Positions 1 through 7,599 of a stretch of DNA of 64,000 nt are shown here, piece by piece (the first letter of the stretch is position 1; every line of letters begins with the position of its first letter). The stretch lies in the sequence record NZ_CP019224.1; one strand, given 5' to 3'. A program made the translations under genes and the position numbers. The notes under the pieces are model-generated. The model saw only the letters and a program-made list of their open reading frames with translations. It did no database searches and was not told the origin of the DNA. This DNA comes from a plasmid.

Positions 1-682
1 CGGTGTGTTGGGCGGCGGCGATCATGGCGTCACGCACGGCGACGTCGGCGGTGATGGCGATGCCGGCGCGGGTCGGTAGCGTGCGACTGATCTGGTGTCC
101 CTCGAGTGCGGCGGCGATCTCTGCTGCGGCACCGATGACAAGCTCGCCGTGGTCGCCGAGGGCGATCGGCGGGGCTGGCGGCAGGGGCGCGAATTCGGCT
201 TGGATGTCGCTGCGCGCCGGGCTGACTCGTTCACCGCCGAGCACCCGGTGCGCGGTGACCAGAGAGTCGGTGTAGGGGTAGGTGGGCCCGGTTGCGCCGG
301 TGTCGGGGTCGTACCACTGGCCTTCGGTGGTGACATCACGAGTCATCAGGCGGCGCAGCACTGGAATCCCGGCGGCGCGCAGCGCGTCGCTCAGGGCGTC
401 GAGGACGGTGACGGCATGCCATTCGTAGCTTTCGTCGCACACGGCCAGGAGCACGGCGGCGTGGTTAGTTTCGGGCCGCAGGTTGCATGTGGCCGGGAAG
501 TTGGTGGCTTGTTCGGCGCTGATCGTGACATCGAAGCGAATTGCGCTGCGGACCACCAGGTCGCTGGTGTGGGTGTCACGGTGCAGCATGTAGGCGACGA
601 CGCTGTTGGTGGGTGCGAAGCCCAGGAATGCTGCTGCGGCGGCAACGATGTCGGCTTCGGTGCGCAAGGCGGTGGTGGGCAT
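1..682 (-). CDS. hypothetical protein, N-terminal part only; C-terminus lies beyond the window start
   Basis: ATG at 682-680 sits at the same position relative to repeat A1 as the other cassette genes, with a GGAGAA RBS 8 nt upstream on the minus strand. The in-frame translation MPTTALRTEADIVAAAAFLGFAPTNSVVAYMLHRDTHTSDLVVRSAIRFDVTISAEQ... is protein-like and stays open to the window edge. It is absent from the ORF track because no stop codon falls in the window. Confidence 0.5.
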   Translation of the reverse strand, partial: MPTTALRTEADIVAAAAAFLGFAPTNSVVAYMLHRDTHTSDLVVRSAIRFDVTISAEQATNFPATCNLRPETNHAAVLLAVCDESYEWHAVTVLDALSDALRAAGIPVLRRLMTRDVTTEGQWYDPDTGATGPTYPYTDSLVTAHRVLGGERVSPARSDIQAEFAPLPPAPPIALGDHGELVIGAAAEIAAALEGHQISRTLPTRAGIAITADVAVRDAMIAAAQHT

Positions 683-1093
683 AGTGTTGTTCTCCGTTCT
701 GTGCGGTGAGTGGTGCGCCGGTCAGCGCTGGGGGAGTGGGCTAATCGGGTGAGGGTGGGCGGTCAACCCCGAAGAGTCCCGCGCCGAACGCAGCAGGGTT
801 TTCGGCCCGCGCTCGCCTGGCGCGATAGCGCCATCGGGCGAGCTGGCATAGGGCCGAAAAGGTCACTCGGCCTGCGTAGTTCGGTGTGGGCGTGGGTTGA
901 CCGGTCGGGCCCCCGGCCGATTAGACTGCGACCCCAGCTGACGGCAAACAAGGTGAGGGGCTACGGATTTGGTGGCCACCGGCAGGTGGCCAGTCCGGGC
1001 GCGCGGGGCGCGCCGGCACCTCAGCGGACCGGAAGAAAAAGGGGGGCCCGGCCAACCCCTCACGATGGGAGAAGTGGCCGGGCCCCGGGAATG
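683..1093 (-). repeat. structured intergenic cassette-boundary repeat, subtype A, copy A1 (about 411 bp)
   Basis: About 95% identical to 3038-3447 and 6181-6584. Same module order as the other copies: terminator, GC hairpins, covarying rod, RBS and start codon. Confidence 0.9.
1035..1088 (-). terminator. rho-independent terminator inside repeat A1 (minus strand)
   Basis: On the minus strand an 11-bp perfect stem gggcccggcca/tggccgggccc is followed by cccTTTTTcTT. It lies about 15-20 nt after the stop of gene 1104-1277. Confidence 0.55.
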
Positions 1094-1103
1094 GTGATAC
1101 GTG

Positions 1104-1277
1104 TCAGTCGATGTCGCAGGCGGCGTCGCGCAACGCCTCAAGTAGATCGACGTTCTCACCGAGAGTCATGGTGTCGTGCCCCCACTGGCTGTACGTGCCG
1201 GTGAGGGTGTCGATGTAGAACGGGATCTCAACGGTGCGGTTTTCGACACCGCGCGTGATGGTGCCCTCGATGATCAT
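1104..1277 (-). CDS. hypothetical small protein (57 aa)
   Basis: Start MIIEGTITRG at 1277 is preceded by an AAAGGAGA RBS. The upstream part of ORF 1104-1622 is Pro/Thr-rich junk. Confidence 0.5.
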   Translation of the reverse strand: MIIEGTITRGVENRTVEIPFYIDTLTGTYSQWGHDTMTLGENVDLLEALRDAACDID

Positions 1278-1311
1278 CGCGTATCTCCTTTCAGGGTGGG
1301 CGACTGCGGGT

Positions 1312-1770
1312 TTAGGCGCTCCGCCGATGGGCGGCGGGCAGGCTGATGCGGGTAATGCCCCACGGGGCGCGGTCGTAGCCAGAGAGCGCCTGGACCAACA
1401 TGTTCTGCAGCTCGCGGCAGAATGCGTAGGCCTCGGTGTGCTGCCAGTCCTTGGGTTCGCAGGCCTGATATTCGAAGCACTGCAACGCCTTGAGTACTTC
1501 GATGACCGACCAGCTGGTGTGCAGGGGCCGGGTGTAGCGGTACTCGTAGGGCTCGTGGATGGGGTTGTTGAAGTAGCAATAGTTGACCGAGGCGGTGTTG
1601 GCGTCGACGAGCATCTGGCCAACCTGGTCGAGGTTGTCGTCGGTGAGCTGGTTGACGCGGATCGGGTTGTCGAAGACCCAGGTCAGGTTGCCCAGCGGCC
1701 GGTGGAATCCTTGGTGGCCGGCCCACAGCAGGACGTTGATGTGTTCGGCTTCGACGACGTATGCGCTCAT
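1312..1770 (-). CDS. hypothetical protein (152 aa)
   Basis: ATG at 1770 lies immediately after repeat B1, with a GGAGAA RBS inside the repeat. Sequence MSAYVVEAEHINVLLWAGHQGFH.... The 55-aa N-terminal extension in the ORF track is a read-through of the repeat. Confidence 0.55.
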   Translation of the reverse strand: MSAYVVEAEHINVLLWAGHQGFHRPLGNLTWVFDNPIRVNQLTDDNLDQVGQMLVDANTASVNYCYFNNPIHEPYEYRYTRPLHTSWSVIEVLKALQCFEYQACEPKDWQHTEAYAFCRELQNMLVQALSGYDRAPWGITRISLPAAHRRSA

Positions 1771-2193
1771 TGGTGTGTTCTCCGTTTCGGATGGTGATGT
1801 GGTGCGCTGGTCAGCGCTGGGGTGCGGGTAAGCGGGTGAGGGTGGGCGGTCCACCCCGACGAGTCCCGCGGCGGGTGTTCGCCGGGTTTTGGGTCCGCGC
1901 TCGCCGGCGCGAAGCGCCCTTCGGCGAGCTGGCATTAGGACCCAAAACAGTCACTCGGCACGGCGAGGCCCGGTGTGGGCGTGGGTGGACCGGTCGGGGT
2001 CCCCACCCGCTTACCATGAGCGCCCCGCTGACGGCTTAAAAGGGTGAGGGGCTACGGATTTGGTGGCCACCGGCAGGTGGCCAGTCCGGTCGCGCGGGGC
2101 GCGCCGGCACCTCAGCGGACCGGAAGAAAAGGGGGGCCCGGCCACCCCCTCGTGGTGGGAGAGGCGGCCGGGCCCGGAGAGGTCCTTGGGTTA
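1771..2193 (-). repeat. structured intergenic cassette-boundary repeat, subtype B, copy B1 (about 423 bp)
   Basis: About 97% identical to 4920-5344 and to 7128-7444. It includes the stop codon and last two codons of the upstream gene at one end and the RBS at the other. Confidence 0.9.
2125..2178 (-). terminator. rho-independent terminator inside repeat B1
   Basis: GC stem ggcccggcc..ggccgggcc followed by a T-run on the minus strand, directly after the stop of gene 2191-2493. Confidence 0.5.
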
Positions 2194-2493
2194 GGTCAGG
2201 CCTGCCGCGCGGATGCGGTCGCGGATCAGCGCCAGGTCGACGCTCCGTTTTATTGGACTCACATAGTGACTGGCCCAATTTTCAAATCCGTTTATCGCGG
2301 CTTCCACTTCGCTTATTTGGACCTCAGGGCGGGTGATCGCGATTTCGTCCCCGTTCTCGCGGTCGTAGGCCTTGGCCACGACGGCGACAAGTTGTCCGAT
2401 TCCGTCGACAGTTTGTCGGAACCGCATCTTGCGGCGCTTGCCGTCGGCGGGGTCAATGAAGTACCAGCCTTGGCAGTAGTCGATGTCGGTCAT
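2191..2493 (-). CDS. hypothetical protein (100 aa)
   Basis: Internal start MTDIDYCQGWYFIDPADGKRRK at 2493 with an AAAGGA RBS 8 nt upstream. The upstream ORF portion is Pro-rich junk. Confidence 0.5.
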   Translation of the reverse strand: MTDIDYCQGWYFIDPADGKRRKMRFRQTVDGIGQLVAVVAKAYDRENGDEIAITRPEVQISEVEAAINGFENWASHYVSPIKRSVDLALIRDRIRAAGLT

Positions 2494-2575
2494 GTCGATC
2501 AGTCCTTTCTGGTCGGGATGGTACGCGGCCGGGCCGACGTTCACGTGTGACGCTGGCCCGGCCGCGAAAGTGGGG

Positions 2576-3037
2576 TTAGGCCGCCAGCAGGGCGGCGGCG
2601 GCAATGTGGTCGAGGGCGGTGTCGAGGTCCTCGTGGACGACGGAGGGTTGGTTGTCGACGGTGACGGTCCACATCGGCTGGTCGCCGATTCCGGCGGTCA
2701 GAGTGCAGGTGTGGCCGGCGTGGGCGGCGCGGTAGGACCAGTCGTGGCCGGGGACGGCGTGAAAGGTGAGTTCACTGGCGCGGACCTTGAGGATTCGGGT
2801 GTGCGGCTCGGTGTTGAGGTCAGGTGCGGTCGCCTCGACGGCGGCCATCTGACCGTGGGCATCGGTGGCGAACAGGACCAGGCGGTGCCCACTTTCGCGG
2901 GTGTAGTCATGCACGGTGGTGAGCCCGATGTCGCCGTGGTTGTGAAAGAGAATTCGGGTGATGCCGTACTGCTGGTCCTGGATGCGTCCTGCGGCCTCGT
3001 CGACGAGGTTGAAGGCGAGCTCGAATTCGTGATCCAT
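2576..3037 (-). CDS. hypothetical protein (153 aa)
   Basis: ATG at 3037 abuts repeat A2. Sequence MDHEFELAFNLVDEAAGRIQDQQYG.... Confidence 0.55.
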   Translation of the reverse strand: MDHEFELAFNLVDEAAGRIQDQQYGITRILFHNHGDIGLTTVHDYTRESGHRLVLFATDAHGQMAAVEATAPDLNTEPHTRILKVRASELTFHAVPGHDWSYRAAHAGHTCTLTAGIGDQPMWTVTVDNQPSVVHEDLDTALDHIAAAALLAA

Positions 3038-3447
3038 GATGTTTGTCCGTTCTGTGCGGTGAGTGGTGCGCCGGTCAGCGCTGGGGGAGTGGGCTAATCG
3101 GGTGAGGGTGGGCGGTCAACCCCGAAGAGTCCCGCGCCGAACGCAGCAGGGTTTTCGGCCCGCGCTCGCCTGGCGCGAAGCGCCATGGGGCGAGCTGGCA
3201 TAGGGCCGAAAAGGTCACTCGGCCTGCGTAGTTCGGTGTGGGCGTGGGTTGACCGGTCGGGGCCCCCGGCCGATTAGACTGCGACCCCAGCTGACGGCAA
3301 ACAAGGTGAGGGGCTACGGATTTGGTGGCCACCGCCAGGTGGCCAGTCCGGTCGCGCGGGGCGCGCCGGCACCTCAGCGGACCGGAAGAAAAAGGGGGGC
3401 CCGGCCAACCCCTCACGATGGGAGAAGTGGCCGGGCCCCGGGAATGA
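3038..3447 (-). repeat. structured intergenic cassette-boundary repeat, subtype A, copy A2
   Basis: Near-identical to A1 and A3. Rod closing helix 3074-3086 / 3285-3295. Confidence 0.9.
3387..3440 (-). terminator. rho-independent terminator inside repeat A2
   Basis: Stem gggcccggcca/tggccgggccc plus T-run on the minus strand, 20 nt after the TAA stop of 3459-4436. Confidence 0.55.
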
Positions 3448-3458
3448 TCTGAATGCCG

Positions 3459-4436
3459 TTATCCGTCAGTCATGGTGGTATCGCCGGCGGGGCGATGGCC
3501 GGAGATCTCGTGGTAGCCGATCCTGTCGGTCCACGAGGCCAGCTCGTGCCGGCGGACCGACACGGTTTTGGAGTTGACCCGAACCACGGGGTACCAGTGG
3601 CCGCGATACTTGATGAGGTCACCTTTGGTGATGCTGTCGCGGCTGTGCGGGTTGGCGGCGCCGGATGCTTGCAGATCCGCGTAAACCGCTTTCCAGTAGG
3701 CGATTTGATCGCCACGTTGGGCCATGCGCGCGATCACCTGTTCACGGTAGGACCCGGAGGCGGGGGCGAACTCGTCGACGTATTCGTAGGTGGCCGTGCG
3801 CGCGACGACGCGACGGTAACCATCGAGAATGCGTTGATCGCCACGTTGCTCGGCTTCCAACTTCTCGATGCGGTTCTTCACCGTCACCGGGTTGTAGCGG
3901 TGAGCGGTGGTGGTCGCGGCGGCCTGTGCGCGGCCCTGTGCCTGGTGGGCGAGATCGGTCGCGTCAATCGCGCGGCGGGTTGCGTCGTGGGCGCGGGTGA
4001 TCGCGTTACGGTGGCGGCTCTCGCTGTGATGGCCGATCTTGATCGGCTCTCCACCGGGAGGCAGGGCCTCTACGGCGCGCTGCTCGGATTCCCAGGCGGC
4101 CGAGGCGGCGGCGGCTTTGCGGTCGGCTTTGGCGGCCAGGGCGTCGGCGCGCTGCGCCTGGCGGTGAGCGCGGTCGGCTTCGGCCTCGGCTGTGGGGCGA
4201 TGAGTGTCGTCGACGTCGACAGTTACCGTGTGGCCGGCGGCGCGCAGCGATTCGGCGGCACGCTCGATTTTGTATCGGTTGGGTTGACGATCGCGGCTGC
4301 CGGCGATACCCCATACACCGAGTGTGCGAAACCAACGGAATCCGGCGGCTTTGAGGATGGTGTTGGTGCCGTCTCCGCGGGCGGTGCCGTGTACGAGGGT
4401 TCCTTCAGCGGCGGTGTGGGTGATTTCGATAGTCAT
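3459..4436 (-). CDS. hypothetical protein (325 aa), DUF3560-like, common on actinobacterial plasmids and phages
   Basis: Intact ORF MTIEITHTAAEGTLVHGTARGDGT... with an Ala/Arg-rich coiled central region. The family assignment is from memory, not a search. Confidence 0.55.
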   Translation of the reverse strand: MTIEITHTAAEGTLVHGTARGDGTNTILKAAGFRWFRTLGVWGIAGSRDRQPNRYKIERAAESLRAAGHTVTVDVDDTHRPTAEAEADRAHRQAQRADALAAKADRKAAAASAAWESEQRAVEALPPGGEPIKIGHHSESRHRNAITRAHDATRRAIDATDLAHQAQGRAQAAATTTAHRYNPVTVKNRIEKLEAEQRGDQRILDGYRRVVARTATYEYVDEFAPASGSYREQVIARMAQRGDQIAYWKAVYADLQASGAANPHSRDSITKGDLIKYRGHWYPVVRVNSKTVSVRRHELASWTDRIGYHEISGHRPAGDTTMTDG

Positions 4437-4556
4437 TGGTGTTGTGCTCCTGGTCTTTTCGGGTTGAGGGGTGGGGTTGTTGGGATGAAAAGAGCCCGGC
4501 CGGCTTCTGAGTGATGCGGAAACAGGCCGGGCCCCGAGTTCGTGGTGAGGGCGTTG

Positions 4557-4919
4557 TCACGCTGTGACGAGTTGTCGGTGCACGTTTCGGCTGGCGTTGC
4601 CTTGGGTCAACCCGAGTCGCGAGGCGACGCGTGCCACGGTCCGCGAGGTTGTGTGAAGGCGCCAGGCGATGAGCTCTGGGTCGATTCGGCCATACATGCG
4701 TCGCACGGCTTCGTCACGGTCTTTGCCGCGCAGCGGCAGGCGTAACCCGTCGTTGGCGACTTGCAGGACAGCAAGCTCGTCGACGTCGGCCATTCGGTCG
4801 TCTTCACGGTGCCGCTCGTGCCTGTGTGGGTCGTGTGCTGACGTCTCGGGGGAGGACAGTGCTTGGGCTTCGTCTGGGCCGGTGATGGCCCATGGGTCTG
4901 GGGTGCTGATAGTGGTCAT
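4557..4919 (-). CDS. hypothetical protein with C-terminal HTH (120 aa)
   Basis: ATG at 4919 abuts repeat B2. The C-terminus WRLHTTSRTVARVASRLGL has an HTH-like pattern. Confidence 0.5.
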   Translation of the reverse strand: MTTISTPDPWAITGPDEAQALSSPETSAHDPHRHERHREDDRMADVDELAVLQVANDGLRLPLRGKDRDEAVRRMYGRIDPELIAWRLHTTSRTVARVASRLGLTQGNASRNVHRQLVTA

Positions 4920-5344
4920 TGGTGTGTTCTCCGTTTCGGATGGTGATGTGGTGCGCTGGTCAGCGCTGGGGTGCGGGTAAGCGGGTGAGGGTGGGCGGTC
5001 CACCCCGACGAGTCCCGCGGCGGGTGTTCGCCGGGTTTTGGGTCCGCGCTCGCCGGCGCGAAGCGCCCTTCGGCGAGCTGGCATTAGGACCCAAAACAGT
5101 CACTCGGCACGGCGAGGCCCGGTGTGGGCGTGGGTGGACCGGTCGGGGTCCCCACCCGCTTACCATGAGCGCCCCGCTGACGGCTTAAAAAGGGTGAGGG
5201 GCTACGGATTTGGTGGCCACCGGCAGGTGGCCAGTCCGGTCGCGCGGGGCGCGCCGGCACCGTGTGAGCTGGAAGAAAAAGGGGGGGCCCGGCCAACCCC
5301 TCGTGGTGGGAGAGGCGGCCGGGCCCGGAGAGGTCCTTGGGTTA
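4920..5344 (-). repeat. structured intergenic cassette-boundary repeat, subtype B, copy B2
   Basis: Near-identical to B1. Rod closing helix 4959-4971 / 5172-5181. Includes the stop codon of 5342-5755. Confidence 0.9.
5274..5330 (-). terminator. rho-independent terminator inside repeat B2
   Basis: GC stem plus T-run on the minus strand after the stop of 5342-5755. Confidence 0.5.
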
Positions 5345-5755
5345 GTACGGGTGCAGCTCGGCGTTGACTTCAGCGGCGGCCTCGGCGACGTCGTTGAGCA
5401 GGTCGACTTCCGCTTCGTCGAGTCGAGCGACGTCGCAGGTGCTGTAGTTAGCGTGATCGAGGACCGCGCTGCGTTCTTCTCGCAGCGTGTGCAGTCGTTT
5501 GAGGGCCTGGTCGAGCTCAAGGCGGGGATGGGTTTCGCGGCGCACGTGCGCGATGACGTGGCCGAGGTAGTCGAGGATTTCGCGGCGACTTCCTTGCAGG
5601 GCGAGACCGTCGCCGTTTCCGTTCCACAGTCCCAGGACGAAGGGCCCGCTGACTGCATCTTCGTCCTCGGGGTGGAATTTCTCGATTGCCCGCTCGCGCG
5701 GGTGCAGGGTGTAGAGGCTGTCCGCGGCGTGGCCCCATTCGATGTGATTACTCAT
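5342..5755 (-). CDS. hypothetical protein (137 aa)
   Basis: Internal ATG at 5755 gives MSNHIEWGHAADSLYTLHPRERAIEKF.... The upstream ORF part is Arg/Pro junk. Confidence 0.5.
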   Translation of the reverse strand: MSNHIEWGHAADSLYTLHPRERAIEKFHPEDEDAVSGPFVLGLWNGNGDGLALQGSRREILDYLGHVIAHVRRETHPRLELDQALKRLHTLREERSAVLDHANYSTCDVARLDEAEVDLLNDVAEAAAEVNAELHPY

Positions 5756-5784
5756 GGTGGATGCCTTGTGTGAGGTAGGTGGTT

Positions 5785-6180
5785 TCAGGCGACGACGTGG
5801 GTCAGGTGCGCTTGGATGCGGTGGTCGAGTTTGAGAATCTCGATCATTGCCGGCGTCTCGGTGTGCTCGCGGCGGACCGCGACGTCGACGCGGGTGATGA
5901 TCGTGGCCGCGATGCCGGGATTGCCACCTTTGAGGGCGAACGCAGCGGCCAGGGTGAGGGCTTCGATTCGGGCCTGTCCGCTGAGGTGATCGCCGATACG
6001 GCCCCACAGCAGTGCGGCCCGTAGCGGCCGGCGCTCGGCGATCTTGTAGAGCAGGGTCTTATAGCTGTCGTCGACCAGGAGTGGGGCGGCGAGCTCGGCG
6101 AGGCCTCGGCTGGGGTTGCAGGTCCCGTTGACGAGTTGGTTACGCAGATCAGCCAGGATCGCGATGCGGTTGTAGCACAT
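5785..6180 (-). CDS. hypothetical protein (131 aa)
   Basis: ATG at 6180 abuts repeat A3. Sequence MCYNRIAILADLRNQLVNG.... Confidence 0.5.
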   Translation of the reverse strand: MCYNRIAILADLRNQLVNGTCNPSRGLAELAAPLLVDDSYKTLLYKIAERRPLRAALLWGRIGDHLSGQARIEALTLAAAFALKGGNPGIAATIITRVDVAVRREHTETPAMIEILKLDHRIQAHLTHVVA

Positions 6181-6584
6181 GATGTTTGTCCGTTCTGTGC
6201 GGTGATGTGGTGCGCTGGTCAGCGCTGGGGGAGTGGGCTAATCGGGTGAGGGTGGGCGGTCAACCCCGAAGAGTCCCGCGCCGAACGCAGCAGGGTTTTC
6301 GGCCCGCGCTCGCCTGGCGCGAAGCGCCATGGGGCGAGCTGGCATAGGGCCGAAAAGGTCACTGGGCCTGCGTAGTTCGGTGTGGGCGTGGGTTGACCGG
6401 TCGGGGCCCCCGGCCGATTAGACTGCGACCCCTGCTGACGGCAAATAAGGTGAGGGGCTACGGATTTGGTGGCCACCGGCAGGTGGCCAGTCCGGTCGCG
6501 CGGGGCGCGCCGGCACCTCAGCGGACCGGAAGAAAAGGGGGGCCCGGCCACCCCCCGATGGGAGAGGCGGCCGGGCCCGGAATG
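6181..6584 (-). repeat. structured intergenic cassette-boundary repeat, subtype A, copy A3
   Basis: Near-identical to A1 and A2, with small variation in the terminator loop. Confidence 0.9.
6531..6580 (-). terminator. rho-independent terminator inside repeat A3
   Basis: GC stem ggcccggcc/ggccgggcc plus T-run on the minus strand after the stop of 6588-7127. Confidence 0.5.
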
Positions 6585-6587
6585 TGT

Positions 6588-7127
6588 TCAGGCCGCTCGA
6601 TAGTCGGCGTCGGTGGGATCGGCTTTGTAGCGCTCACCGTCTGCGAAGACCGCGATCGCCACTCGGTGGACCTGTCGAAACGCGTCGATCATCGACAGGA
6701 TCGCGGCGCGGTCACGCAATTGCCAGGTGATCGGGCCGGTGTAGAGCTCGACCCAGTGCAGTTTCGCGGTCTTGAGCTTGTTGAGCGCCGACTGTGCCAC
6801 GACAGCGTAAGCCGGTGCCCTCGTCCACTCGACGCCGAGCACTGCGCGGCCGGCGGGCTCCTCGGCCACGGCTCCAGCGGTGGGGATTTCCGCGGGGACA
6901 TGGATCATCTGAGTGCGCGCAGCGACGAAGGCCTCGAGCAGGCCCTGGGCTGTCTGGCAGTTCTGCAGGCTCATGTGCATGCCGCCGACCGTGATGCCGA
7001 TACGGGCGGACGGGGTGCGGGCGTGGTGCACGGTGATGTCGGGTTCGAGCTGGCCTTTGATGGACACGATGCTGTGAGTAATGACGCCGGCCGGCGTGAC
7101 GTAAATGGGTGTGGCGGATTTCGTCAT
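6588..7127 (-). CDS. hypothetical protein (179 aa)
   Basis: ATG at 7127 abuts repeat B3. Sequence MTKSATPIYVTPAGVITHSIVSIKGQ.... Confidence 0.5.
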   Translation of the reverse strand: MTKSATPIYVTPAGVITHSIVSIKGQLEPDITVHHARTPSARIGITVGGMHMSLQNCQTAQGLLEAFVAARTQMIHVPAEIPTAGAVAEEPAGRAVLGVEWTRAPAYAVVAQSALNKLKTAKLHWVELYTGPITWQLRDRAAILSMIDAFRQVHRVAIAVFADGERYKADPTDADYRAA

Positions 7128-7444
7128 TGGTGTGTTCTCCGTTTCGGATGGTGATGTGGTGCGCTGGTCAGCGCTGGGGTGCGGGTAAGCGGGTGAGGGT
7201 GGGCGGTCCACCCCGACGAGTCCCGCGGCGGGTGTTCGCCGGGTTTTGGGTCCGCGCTCGCCGGCGCGAAGCGCCCTTCGGCGAGCTGGCATTAGGACCC
7301 AAAACAGTCACTCGGCACGGCGAGGCCCGGTGTGGGCGTGGGTGGACCGGTCGGGGTCCCCACCCGCTTACCATGAGCGCCCCGCTGACGGCTTAAAAGG
7401 GTGAGGGGCTACGGATTTGGTGGCCACCGGCAGGTGGCCAGTCC
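7128..7444 (-). repeat. structured cassette-boundary repeat, subtype B, copy B3, truncated
   Basis: Homology to B1/B2 ends abruptly after the tggccaccggcaggtggcca hairpin at about 7444. The GC hairpin and terminator modules are missing. Confidence 0.85.
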
Positions 7445-7599
7445 CAGCGGCTGTACGCTGGTGTGATGTTTGAAGAGGCCTTCGCGCGTGACCTCATGAA
7501 GGGGCCGCAGGGTGTTGCGGTGCCGGCGATGACCTGGTTGGTGACCGGGCAGTGGCCGGTACCGGAGTTGAGCTTCGACGTGTCGTATCCGCGAGCTGA

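Noticed and set aside
95-709. Plus-strand ORF 95-709 and minus-strand ORFs 22-339 / 391-645 as genes
   Set aside because: The minus-strand frame starting at ATG 682, which abuts repeat A1 with an RBS, gives a protein-like sequence open to the window edge. The alternatives are Gly/Arg- or Pro-rich.
1771-1935. Shared 55-aa N-terminal 'MPARRRALRAGERGPKTRRTPAAGLVGVDRPPSPAYPHPSADQRTTSPSETENTP' on three cassette genes in the ORF track (1312-1935, 4557-5084, 6588-7292)
   Set aside because: This is an in-frame read-through of repeat B, Arg/Pro low-complexity sequence with no stop by chance in GC-rich DNA. A GGAGAA RBS and ATG sit at the repeat boundary, and subtype-A cassettes have no such extension.
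710-7396. Recurrent plus-strand ORFs inside the repeats (MVRRSALGEWANRVRVGG..., MRGYGFGGHRQVASP..., MTGRGPRPIRLRPQLTANKVRGYGFGG...)
   Set aside because: They are conserved only because the DNA repeat is conserved. Gly/Arg/Pro-rich, opposite to the terminator and RBS logic, and they lack starts at consistent positions.
683-7444. CRISPR array
   Set aside because: Repeat units are about 410 bp with about 1 kb of protein-coding 'spacers'. There are no short direct repeats of 28-37 nt and no cas genes.
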